From Octopus vulgaris (lineage: Eukaryota), in the NCBI GenBank assembly GCA_951406725.2, contig OX597815.1:71610001-71674000 (forward strand): a stretch of 64,000 bases of DNA, in the 5' to 3' direction. The position numbers and the translations under genes were made by a program. Shown here in pieces: positions 13,561 through 25,890 of the stretch. The notes under the pieces were generated by a model. That model was not told the origin of the DNA. It made no database searches and was given only the letters and a program-made list of their open reading frames with translations. Each line of letters begins with the position of its first letter. The first letter of the stretch is position 1.

Positions 13561-13959
13561 ATATGTTTGATATAATGAAATAGTAATATTGACAGGGATC
13601 TGACATGAGTACTTGGACTCATAAAGCTTAACCCAGTTTCTATGGCATTGCAACAATATGAAATGAAGTATTTTTGCCCAAGAACACAATACACCACTCT
13701 GTCTGGGAATCAAAATCATGACCTTATCATGAGTACAACACCCTAACCACTTGGCCACTACCTTCACAATTGTAGTAGTACTATTATTGCTGAATTGACC
13801 AGATTCACCATTACCATATAAGGTGGTAGGACCAAAAACCCTAATTGCTTTTGGTTCATACCTATAGATTAGATCATGTCCTTGCCAAATAAAGGACTAA
13901 GTACAGATATTGTCTGTTTGAAATAAGCCCTCAGCTAGTCTGGTACTTTCCTTGTGTCC

Positions 13960-14420
13960 AAGGGTCAATTTGCTGAGACTCTCTACTTCCCTCTGTGTTG
14001 TACTCCATATATACAATCAGCCAGCTTTCATTTCCAGTTCATTCTTTGATGCCATTAGGCCACAAATGTCTTTGATGACCTCTTGCTCTTTTCTCTTCCA
14101 CACTGCCTGTCAGGATGGTCTTGGGCAATAACGGTAATGTCCAGAATATGATAGTTTTTGTGGACTTGATTCTTGACAATAGGTGTCTTTGGACTGTGAG
14201 CTTTTCTAGTACTGCAGCATATGTTACCCTGTCTTTCCAGTTTATTCTACCCAATCTGCGAAAGGTCCACATCTTAAGGGGCATCCATCTTTTTTTCCAT
14301 TATTCTGTACATTGTCCAAGTCTTTGCCCAGTAGAGGACAACTGGCAAAATGTAGCAGTCTACCAGCCTCAGGTTTAGCTGCAGTGTTGTATCTTTTGAG
14401 ATGACATACCTCCAGAAGTA
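13960..14420 (-). mobile_element. RTE-clade LINE 3' fragment, degenerate
   Basis: Translates MWTFRRLGRINWKDRVT...EEKRARGHQRHLW, the typical RTE C-terminus. Confidence 0.75.
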
Positions 14421-14910
14421 TCTTCTGGTGAAACAAAGAGAAAGGAAACAGTTGAGTGAGTTTGATGCAGTCTATGTGGGTCATTAGATGCTGTCAAACT
14501 ATCCAACCCATGCCAGCTTAGAAAACGGATGTTAAATGATGATGGTAATGATGGTGAAGATGATGATGATTACATTTATTTCTGGGACTCATTAATAACT
14601 GAAATCAGTTAGAAATATTGTACTATGATTGACTCTAGACCTAATATTTTTGAAAACAGAATTCCAAAGCAACATCAAGATCATTTTATCTCCTACTTGT
14701 TTCGGTCATTGCACTGTGGCCATTCTGAGCCAAAGTCACCCCCCACACACACACACACATGGTACTTACTTTTTTAACTCTGGAACTTATTCTTTCAATC
14801 TATTTTGCTGAACTTCTGAGTTATAGAGATGTAAACAAACCAACACCAGTTGTCAAACAATGTTGGTGAGGCGAGAACAAACACAAAGACATACATACTC
14901 TTTCACACAC

Positions 14911-14948
<38 letters not shown>

Positions 14949-15895
14949 GCACACACATGTATATATACACAGTGGGCTTCCTTCCTCACAGTTTCCTTCT
15001 ACCACATTAGCTCCTATGGCATTGGTCAGCCCAGGACCATAAGTGAAGAGGTACTATGCAGTAGGACTGAACCTGAAACTATGTGATTGCAAAGCAAACT
15101 TCTTAACCACACAGCCATATTCTTTTTAGTGTTCAGTTGCATTCTCCTCTCACCTGTTTTTTGATGTTTATGAAGTTTTTGATCCCAGTCACAGTGTAGG
15201 TTTTGGAATAGCTCAAGCCATTATTTTCTTCTTCTTACCTCTCTTTCTCCTCCCCATTGACAATCTGAGATAAGGTACATAAGTAATGTTCCCAGAATGC
15301 ATTAGGTTGCCAGGACAGGAGTAAAGATTTCATCTTCATGGGAAGATAGAGTGGCGTGCTTTCACATGGCCTTCTCCTCTATACCTATGGGAGGAGTTGA
15401 GCTGAGCACTCGCATAGATTAAATGTATTTAGGTCAAAATATTACAAAGTTTGTCTTCACAGATGTTGTTGTGATGGGGGAAAAACTCTGTAAAATTAGG
15501 CAAATGTAAAAAAAAAAGAAGAAAGATTAAAACATAAAAGGCAAAAAAAATTGGGCAATCATGTGAATAATGATTATTCAATTCAATATATAGACATTGT
15601 ACATTATTCTCCATCTTGCCTTGAGATGATAAAATTTGTGTTTTGAACCTCCAGCTAACAAAATGATACTTTTTTTTTTTTTGCTTTTTTTTCTTACAAC
15701 CACACAACAAGGTACTGGCAGGGCTGTTTGGTTACAAAGCTCTCTTTGCAAACATATAATTTCAGGTTCAGTTCCACTTTGGGCAAGAATTTTCTGCTAT
15801 TGCTCCAATGACTAATTTAGTAGTCAGAAACTGTATGGAAGTCTTGTTGTGTGTATATGTGTGTGTGTGTGTGTTTATATATATGTGTATATATA

Positions 15896-17475
15896 CAGTT
15901 GCGGCCAAAATGTTCAGAACGGCATTGTTTTCGTCAGAAAAATAGGTATAATTTTTTTATCAAAGTTGTTTTATATTCTATAATTTTCACAGGCAATAAA
16001 TACGATATTAATTGTTATTGTCTGAGATTTTGGTGTAATTTGAGAGGATAATACAAAAGTTATGGATGATTTAGTGATTTACTGCAAAATCCATGGCGGC
16101 CAAAATGATCAGAACGGTTGAAAAATAATCAAAAATGACAGAGAATACTGGAATTATTTAATATTTAGTGTGAAGCCCTTTAGCTTCAATCACACTTTGA
16201 CATCTTCGACTGCATGAGGAAATTAAATTCTCAATTTCTTGCTGGGTGATCTTATTCCATTCTTCCTGAAGGGCATTCCATAATTGCTCGGTTGTTTTAG
16301 GATTTCTGGCTTTCGAACGTTCTCCTAGAATATTCCACACATTTTCAATAGGATTGAGATCTGGGCTTTGATCAGGCCAATCCATAACAATAACCTTTTC
16401 AGCCTTGAGGAAGTTCATGACCACTTTAGCCTTGTGACATGGGGCATTGTCCTGCATGAATATGGGTGATCGCTTAGTTGAATTTCTCAGCACAGGCAAG
16501 GCATGATCTTTTACAAGTTGTTTATAAACTCCTGTATTTACCTTTCCATGTAATCGCACCAAAGGGCCCACACCATCCCCAGATATCATCCTCCAAACCA
16601 TGACACCTCCTCCACAGAATTTAACACTAGTCTTAAGGCATTTAGGCGATAATTTTTCACCTACTTTTCGATGAACGTACCTTTTCCCATCTGAGCCAAA
16701 TAACATAAACTTAGATTCATCACTGAAATGCACCGTTTGCCATTTTTCTTGAGACTTTTCGGTTGCAAAGATAAGACGACACTTTTTATTCTTAGAGCTG
16801 ATCAGTGGCTTCACTGCAGGTGCTCTTGCTTGTAGGTCATGTTCAACTAAACGACGAGACACAGTATTTCGAGATAAAGTTTTCTTCAGTACAATGCTCA
16901 TTTCCTGAGAAACAGCAGCAGCAGTTTTAAATCTGTCCATTTTAACCAACTTTACCACGATCTTCTCTCTTTGTCGTTTTTCTTGGCCTACCTGTAGACT
17001 TTCTTGCTTCACACGAACCACAATCAACACTTTTTGACTTGTTAACAATCTTTGCAATAGACCCAATACTTAAATTATCCTTTTTTTGAAGCTTAATAAT
17101 CTGCTGACAAATTGGTAACGGAGTAAGTGGCATTATATTAACAAAGTACACTGCAGATATTCTTACTAATGTTTAGTAAACAAACCGTCACGTAAACAAA
17201 TTCAAAACATTAGGGTTTGCCGGTTAAATATACTAAAACACGGAGTAAAAGCAACCGTTCTGATCATTTTGGCCGCCATGGATTTTGCAGTAAATCACTA
17301 AATCATCCATAACTTTTGTATTATCCTCTCAAATTGCACCAAAATCTCAGACAATAACAATTAATATTGTATTTATTGTCTGTGAAAATTATAGAATATA
17401 AAACAAATTTGATAAAAGATTATACCTACTTTTCTGACGAAAACAATGCCATTCCGAACATTTTGGCCGCAACTG
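15896..17475 (-). mobile_element. Tc1-family (DD34E) transposon with long IR/DR-type TIRs
   Basis: TA|CAGTTGCGGCC...GGCCGCAACTG|TA; TIRs of ~225 bp (15896-16120, 17252-17475), each with outer and inner GGCCAAAATG(T/A)TCAGAACGG repeats. Confidence 0.95.
16158..17133 (-). pseudogene. Tc1 transposase, frameshifted
   Basis: MPLTP...STGRPRKTT N-terminus in one frame; FSDESKF, QDNAPCH and SPDLNPIE (D34E) in ORF 16158-17066. Confidence 0.93.
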
Positions 17476-17488
17476 TATATATATATAT

Positions 17489-18006
17489 CATCATCATCAT
17501 CATCATCATCATTTAGCATCCGCTTTCCATGCTAGCATGGGTTGGACGGTTCAACTGGGGCCTGTGAAGCCAGAAGACTGCATCATGCCCAGTCTGATCT
17601 GGCAGTGTTTCTACGGCTGGATGACCTTCCTAACGCCAACCACTCCGTGAGTTTAGTGGGTGCTTTTTACATGCCACCCGCACAGATGCCAGATGAAGCT
17701 GGCAAACGGCCACGGTCGGATGGTGCTTTTTACGTGCCACCGGCACGGGGGCCAGGAGAGGCTGGCAACGGCCACGATCGGATGGTGCTTTTACGTGCCA
17801 CTGACACGGGGGCCAGGCGAGGCTGGCAACGGCCACGAACGGATGGTGCTACATGCCACCGGCACGGGGGCCAGGAGAGGCTGGCAACGGCCACGATCGG
17901 ATGGTGCTTTTACGTGCCACTGACACGGGGGCCAGGCGAGGCTGGCAACGGCCACGAACGGATGGTGCTACATGCCACCGGCACGGGGGCCAGGCGAGGC
18001 TGGCAA
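17489..18006 (-). mobile_element. RTE LINE 3' UTR fragment with 61/58-bp tandem array
   Basis: Near-identical to 59661-59940; (TGA)n tail; CCATGCTAGCATGG palindrome; inserted in the TA run next to the Tc1. Confidence 0.88.
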
Positions 18007-18805
18007 TATATATGCGATTATTTGGTAAATAGTGCTGAATTTAACACTTCTATAAATAATGATAATATTTATAAGCTTTAAGCTTATAAACACTCACCAT
18101 GCATTGGCTAAGGTAAATGGTCTAATATTGGGGCATATAAGCCCTCAACAGAAGAAAGTAGGCTTTGTCATATGTATGGGACTCAAAGCCACACCTCTAC
18201 ATAGTCCTCAATGGAAGAAAAAGTAGGGTTTATCATATGCATGGAACTTGAGCCCACACCTTGGTGTGGATTTGAATCCCATGCATACAGCAAACTATAC
18301 TTTTTTCCGTCAAGGGCTTTCATGCCCAATATTAGGCCATTTACCTTTGTCAATGCACGGTGATCACTCATAAGATTTAAGCTTATAAATATTAAGATAT
18401 ATATATATATATATATATATAGACATGACAGAGTTCCACACAGACAGACACACCCACACATATGTATACATGTGTGCATGTCCCCTAACATTTGACAACT
18501 GCTGTTGGTTTGTTTGTATTCCCATAACTTAGTTGTTTTGCAAAAGACACTAATAGAAGTAGCAAACTTTAAAACAAAAAGTCAAACTGAGGTTGAGTTG
18601 TTTGACTAAAACCCTCCAAGGCAATGCCCCAGCATGACCACAGTCTGCTAACATGGAAAATATGCACTGTTGATGATGATGATGATGATGATGAATTTTT
18701 GATGACTGGTTTCTGACATGTGTGCAAAGTTTTCGATTCATAGGAAACCTTGAACAAAATAAGATCAGCATTATGTGACATGAGTGCATTTCTAAAGTAC
18801 ATTAC

Positions 18806-19420
18806 TCTTTTATCTATTTCAGCTTGTGGGCTATGGCCATGATGGGGCACGATCAATTGTTGTTGCTACATTTTCATTAATCCTCCTTTTATAGTTGGCA
18901 TTTGTTGAATGAGTGAGTTCAGTGTTGCTGGCCTTATTTGTGTTTCCTGCCATGAAGTCAGTTCTGGGACTCTTGACAACTGGAAATCCAATTATCTTTT
19001 GAAGACATCTGCATCCACTCCGTGTAGGTCTTTCAAATCTTTCAGGAACATATCAAAAATCTGTGGGCCCTTGAATCCCAAACTATTGCAGTATCTGGTC
19101 CTTTATTTTAATGGCAGTGTGGTGTCTTTGGCATTTTACAATAGCATCCTGTTCTGGTGTTTCTATAACTTTCAGTACCAAAGTTTGGGACTGATCCTTC
19201 CAGGATCTTCCATAAGATATATATATTACAGCATGTCTTTCTCTTCTTCACTCCACAGTATAGAATCTTAACCTTTTAGGCTTTTCGCAGTAACTAATCT
19301 ATTGCATTGATACAATGTTCTTTATGTAGCTTCATTAGATTGATCTGAGTTCCACCATTAATTTTCTTTAGTGACATAATTTGTTGTGATAATCACTATG
19401 ACCAAGGAGTTAGAGCTGAA
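18806..19420 (-). mobile_element. CR1-like LINE 3' fragment
   Basis: Minus frames give KRLRFYTVE*RR, WKILEGSVPNFG, YCNSLGFKGPQIF and DLHGVDADVFKR; 3' end GTGCCCCATCATGGCCATAGCCCACAAGCTGAAATAGATAAAAG. Confidence 0.75.
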
Positions 19421-19934
19421 ATCCCAAAATAGCACACCTTTACTTTCAGGCTGTGAAAAGAAAAAGACAGTTGGTCTACCTATTAAAAACTACTGAATCT
19501 CTAAAATACTGACATATTTATTATCTAGTTGGTCTAAATATAACTGACCTACTGACCTCTTTGTATGAAAAGAAAAAAGTAAAGAAACTAGCTTTCAGGA
19601 AGCGAGGTCCTTTGAAAGACTTATCAATAGCTCTCTGAAAAGACTCTGTGGTGGGGTGAGGTATCTGACCCCAATGTTTTAATACAAATCATCTTTTTGG
19701 CTCCAGTTTTTCTTCCTCACTTCCTTATTCTCTCTCTCTTTTTCTCTCACTCCTTCCCCTCTTTCTCTTTTTCTCACTTCCTTTCTCTCTCTCCGTCCCT
19801 CCCTCTTTATCACACTACTGCTCTCTCTCTCTCTCTCTTATTTTCATACACACTCTCTCTTTCATCTCCATACACACACACACACACACACTCTCTTTCA
19901 TTTCCACACACACACTCTCTCTTTCATTTCCACA

Positions 19935-20005
<71 letters not shown>

Positions 20006-20688
20006 ATTTCCATACACTATCTCCCACTTTTTCTCTCCTGCTCTTTGTCTCTTTCTCAAACCAACTTCAAATTTTCAAATCTCAAACCATTACTCAACAC
20101 ATCCACCCCACCAACATCCAGTCTTAGATAAAATATGTTTTAATGGAATTCCTTCTTCAGCCGAATAACCATTGTTTGGGCCAGGGGAGGAGGAACATGT
20201 GCATGCTACATACACAAAACATGCATACAATCACTCTTTAAGCTTGATTTGTCTTTAGAAACACATACAGTCTCTCCACCTCTCCATTCTTTCTGTCTCT
20301 TTTCCTCTCTCTGAATAGAAGTGTTTTGTGGGGGGGATCCCCATAAATACACACACACACCCAGCAAAAATCCACTTTACATCCAAAGTATAGTTATATC
20401 TTATCAAAAGTAAACAGAACATAATCATCATCCTCCTAACCTCATATTTTCTATTTATATCTTGTTTTTGTTTTGTTTTTCTGTATAGCTGTGATCTGTG
20501 GGGGAGGGGTCTGTTGTAGTCATCTTACAGACACAGTGTCCAGCTTCCTATCCCTACACATAAATTATCTTCTTCCAAAGACAAAAACAAAAACAAAGAA
20601 GCATGACCCAACTAAGTAAATGAATAATGGATAAATTTTTCTTAGTAGTAGTAGCCACAACAACAGCAGTAAGTGATAATAATAATGG

Positions 20689-21182
20689 GGATCTCTTCAG
20701 TTTGGCTCGCAGATTTTTTCATTATTTTTTTAAAACTAAACAGTTTGAAACTTCATATACTGGTGTCATTTTTCATGCTGAACACAGTTTACTTTCAACA
20801 TTTTGAAAAAATTTCGTATTCTAGATGTTATTTGGTGTTAAAGTTGTCATATTTGGATAATTTTAACCAATCAATGTGTATTCAGCTGAAGACCCCTACT
20901 GCTGTTTGTGATAGTAATCGAAAAGCAACAACTTCCAGGTCATCTCTACTAAATGTATTTTTCAACGTAGGGATTATTCGGTGTAACTGAAAAATACATT
21001 TAATAGAGATGACCCGGAATTTGTTGCTCTTTGAAATAACTTCGAAAATATGAAATTTTGTCAAAAATGTCGAAAGCAAACCGTGTTCAGCATGAGAAAT
21101 TACGCCAGTATACAAAAAGTTTCAGACTGTTTAGTTAAAAAAAAGGTAATTAAAAAATTTGTGAGCCAAACTGAAGAGATCC
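20689..21182. mobile_element. MITE with ~135-bp TIRs, superfamily unassigned
   Basis: GGATCTCTTCAGTTTGGCTCGCAGATTTTT ... AAAAATTTGTGAGCCAAACTGAAGAGATCC; inverted similarity continues through TCATGCTGAACAC. Confidence 0.8.
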
Positions 21183-21185
21183 AAT

Positions 21186-22290
21186 AATGATTCCAAATTC
21201 TGACACAAAGGCAATAATTTCAAGGGAGAGGTTTAGTCAGTTACTTTGGCCTCAATACTTGATTGGTTCTTTATTTTAAAGACCTTGAAATGCAAAGATA
21301 AACTTCAGTGAAATTTGAACTCAGAAATTTTGATGGGGAAATGGTTAGTCAATTACACTGACTCCCCCTCTCCCCAGCAGCTAGTACTTATTTTATTGAC
21401 TCCAAAAGGATGAAAGGCAATGTTGACTTTGATGGAATTTGAGCAAATGGCGCCAAGCATTTTTCTGGTGCGGTAATGATTCTGCTACCTCACCATCTTA
21501 ATAATAATAATAATAATAACAATAATTGCCAGCCCTCAGTCAAACCGTCCAACCCATGCTAGCATAAAAAGTGGACTTCAAACAATGACAATGATGATGA
21601 TGAATAACTTCAAGTTTTTCCACAAGGGCAGCCATTTTAGGCGAGGGAATTAATTGATTACATCAACGCCAGTACTTGACTGGTACTTAATTTTATTGAC
21701 CCTGAAAGGATGAAAAGCAAAGTTAACCTCGGCAGAATTTGAACTCAGAGTATAGCGACAGGTAAAATACTGTGAAGCATTTTGTCCAGCATGCTAACAG
21801 TTTTGCCTGCTCACCACCTTAACAATAATAATAATAATAATAATAATAATAATCCTTTCTACTATAGGTACAAAGCCTGAAATTTAGAGTAAATGGGATA
21901 GCTGATTAGATTAACTCCAGTGCTCAACCGGTACTTTTATTGACCCAGAAAGGACGAGAGGCAAAGTCAGCTTCCATGGAATTTGAACTCAGAATGTGAA
22001 ACCAGAAGAAATGCAGCTAAGCATTTTATCCAGTGTGGTAACGAGTCTGCCAGCTTTCCATAATAAAGTGAGCTGGGAGAATCATTAGCACACCATTCAA
22101 AATGTTTAGTAACATTTCGTCTTTCTTTGTGTTCTGAGTTCAAATTCCATCAAGTTTGACTTTGCCTTTCATCCTTTCGGGGTCAATAAAATAAGTACCA
22201 GTTGAGCACTGGGCTCGATGTAATCAACTTATCCAGTTATCTAAACTTGCTGGCCTTGTGCCAGAATCTGATATTAATAATAATAATGGT
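21186..22290. mobile_element. Cluster of about five Deu/Nin-like SINEs, mostly head-to-tail, several separated by (TAA)n
   Basis: Repeated GAAAGGATGAAAGGCAAAGT...GAATTTGAACTCAGAA units; similar arrays at 24250-24762, 26875-27252 and 30105-30700. Confidence 0.75.
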
Positions 22291-22683
22291 GACTTTGGCC
22301 ATATTAACAATGATAAGAAATCTGTTTTACAAGATTGGATGTTCTTCAGTGGAAAGCTTGATGAGTGGCAGTTGTTTTTTCTCCTTTTAAATACATGTAT
22401 GCACATATTCACACATGTAAACATACATACATGCATATACATTCACATTATACATTATTTCTTTTTATTTTCAATTTTTCTTTAAGTCTTTATTTTCTTA
22501 AAAATTAGTTCAGCCCCATTCCTTTGAAGAATTCCATTCCTACTCTTTACCATACTGCCATCACCATCAAACTGTTTACCACTCCAAGCTGGCTCTCCTT
22601 TATAATGCTCCATCATCATTACCAGCATCACCATCATCACTCATCAATCATCAATTGTTATCATCTTCACTATGATCATTAAT

Positions 22684-22724
<41 letters not shown>

Positions 22725-22875
22725 GCACACGCACGTGAGTGTAGGGGGAACAAGCAATATACTAGAGTTCTAAATTAAAATGTTTACAGTGTTTAGTTTT
22801 GTCCTTCTGATTTTGAGTTCAAATCCTTGCTGGATCAGCCTAGCTATTCATTCTCTCATGTGAGATAAAACAAGT

Positions 22876-22914
<39 letters not shown>

Positions 22915-23209
22915 TAGATATATATATGGTAATAAAAGTTTTCTAAGGAATGCTTGCATTCAAGAAAACACACACATCTGAGTTTGTCATAGGTTAGCTT
23001 ACACATTATAATGTAACTTCCTTTTGGAAATTCTCTCTGATGAAATACCCTATTGACTGGTTTCAATTATGGAAATTTGAATTGATTGGGTGTGGAAACA
23101 GCTGTGGGCAGAAATTTCTATGTATGAATTTGAATGTCTTTAAATAAATAACATCTGTACATCAATTTTTTCCATTTTCTTCATTTTCTCATTCATATTT
23201 ACTTATATA

Positions 23210-23455
23210 TTAGGTGCATTCAAAAAGTGTCCAACTTTATTTCTTTTTCCTGCCAAAACTAATCCTGTATGGGAAAGATCCTTTGAGTGGGAAGTGACAT
23301 CACCCTTCTTGCACTTGTGTTAAAGCTTTTGCATTGGTTGGCCACATCAGATCCCAGCTGTTACACCTAGAGTACAGACATGTAGTGTGTACTTGGCAGA
23401 TTTTTGTTTTTGTTAACCACATCAAACAAAGATATTGTATCAAATTTTGCCAAAG
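23210..23455 (+). mobile_element. mariner 5' fragment
   Basis: TIR-like TTAGGTGCATTCAAAAAGT after a TA run; IKQRYCIKFCQ resembles the mariner transposase N-terminus. Confidence 0.55.
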
Positions 23456-24454
23456 ACAGACAGATAGATAGACAGACAGACAGATGGACGCACATACACA
23501 CACAGAGGTAGATATACAGATAGACAGATAGATACTTCTTGCTGTCACGCATAATGAATTCAAACTTAATTATAGAAAAGGAATTTTTTCCCTCTTTGTC
23601 GCTTTTGTTGAATTGTAAACCAAAAGTACTGATACAACTCTGACCACAGATATTACAGAAAACTGTCAGAAGTCCTGGGGTGGAGGGTCTTGTTCTAGAT
23701 TTTTTTTTTTTCTGTTCTTCCTATAATTTCATCCAATTTGATTCTGAAACATAACACCTTTCTCTTTTGCTCCACCACCATTGTTTGCAATCACTCATTG
23801 GTGTTACCTCATGCTGTTGCAATCAAGCTGCCTGGTTCATTGAGATGTCATCTGATGATATCCTTATAATGGACTTGAAGAAATATCTTTCCCACATTAG
23901 CAGCCCAATATTACAAACTTGTCAAGGATGTATCTAGTTGATTCAGTCAACTGCATTATGTTACTGCTGCCCCTTTTTATCCTAAATTAATAACTTGCAT
24001 CATTTCTGCAAAGGTTCCATCTCTCTTTCTAGATGTAAATTCCACCCAAAATATTAATGGATAATGTCTGATAAGAGTGAAAGAATTCAATAAAAACCAA
24101 AAAGTTCAAATTAACTTTTTTTTTCCTTTCAGATATATATTTTCTAAAACATCTTTGCAGTTGATTTAATTTCCTTCTCACCCCACTTTATTCTTTCTTT
24201 TTTTTTTTTTTTTTTTATTTTAATCATCTTCATCATCATTGTTATCAGTAGAGTAGTGAGTTGGTAAAATTGTTGCAGTGTCAGACAAAATGCTTAGTAC
24301 CAGCTCTTTACATTTTGAATTCAAATTCCATCAAAGAAAACATTACCTTTCATCCTTTCAGGATTGATAAAATACAATTCATTGAGCCCTTGGCACAATG
24401 CAATCAACTTATTTCTTCCCCTTAAAATTGATTGCCTTGTGCCAAAATTTGAAA

Positions 24455-24487
<33 letters not shown>

Positions 24488-24884
24488 TTAAACGATGATT
24501 CTTCTTTTTCTGATTATTATTATTATTATTAAGGTGACAAGCTGGCAGAATCATTAACACAGTGGACAAAATGCTTAGCAGTATTTTATCCATCGCTACG
24601 TTCTGAGTTCAAATTTCACAGATGTTAAGTTTGCCTTTCATCCTTTCAGGGTTGATGAACTAAGTACCAGTTGAGGTCAATATAATCGGCTTGCCCCCTC
24701 CTCCAAAATTTCAGGCCTTGTGCCTTTAGTCGAAAGGATTATTATTATTATTATTATTATTATACACACAACAGATTAGATTGTTGGAAAAGAAAAATTC
24801 CTAACGTCAGGCTACAACAAGTAACCTTAGAGGTCAAGAACCTTCCTAAGTACCCTAGCTGTCCCTGATTATTATCATTATTAA

Positions 24885-24924
<40 letters not shown>

Positions 24925-25832
24925 GGATCAAGTAATCTCAAACTAATTTCAACAGAAGATTGCCATTTCTTGAAAGGGATTATGCTGTCATGAATTTTAA
25001 AATTTAACTTTTCCGACAAAGAAACTAAAATCACAAAACATGGCAAACAACACTAGGAATGGTGGTGGTGGTGGCGGTGGCGTCAGTTATATAAGGTGTA
25101 AAATTTAAAAAGAAAACATGCACATGCTAGCATGCACACCCCCATCCTACACACACACACACACATCACTCTTCTGGAATGGGAGATTTATTAAATGCTA
25201 TTTTCACATTTTTGAATCTTGTCAAAATGGTGGCTGACAATGTTTTTGTCTGGGATTCATTAACTTGTTTTCTAATAAGTAATGCTGTGGCCCTTTGAAA
25301 CTGTTCAGCTGATGTGAGATCCAGCAGGAGTTGGTTATTTTATTGTGCTTTTTGTTTTTTGTTTTTTGTTTCTTCTGAAAGTTTCTATTGCTTTTCTTTT
25401 CTATTTTTTTCCACTTTCATTATTTGAAGCTAATACTCTTACTTTCTGTGTGTGTGCATGTACATGTGTGTGTTCATATGAGTATGTGTGTATTTATGTG
25501 TATGAAGTGTTTGCACAGATGTCTGTGTTTATTAATATATGCATTTATGCATATATGCGTTTGCATGTATGCATGTGTGTGGTTCTCTTCTCTTGGTTTC
25601 TCTCTACATTCCCTCTCTCTTTCTATCTCTGAATGAATACTATAAAATCATAAAATCCATGCGGGAGGATGCAGAGGGGAAATGAAAAAAAATTTAATTC
25701 CATTTCTTGTTTTCTTTTATTAAATTGCCATTTTAGAAAATTTTTATATTATATTTGTTTGTTTTAACGACATTTTTTCTTCTTTTTTATTTCTATTTAT
25801 CTAATTATTTTATTATTATTATTATTATCATA

Positions 25833-25890
<58 letters not shown>

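Noticed and set aside
17542-18081. 179-aa repetitive ORF or CRISPR-like array
   Set aside because: Antisense reading of tandem RTE 3' UTR units; no unique spacers, no cas genes, eukaryotic context
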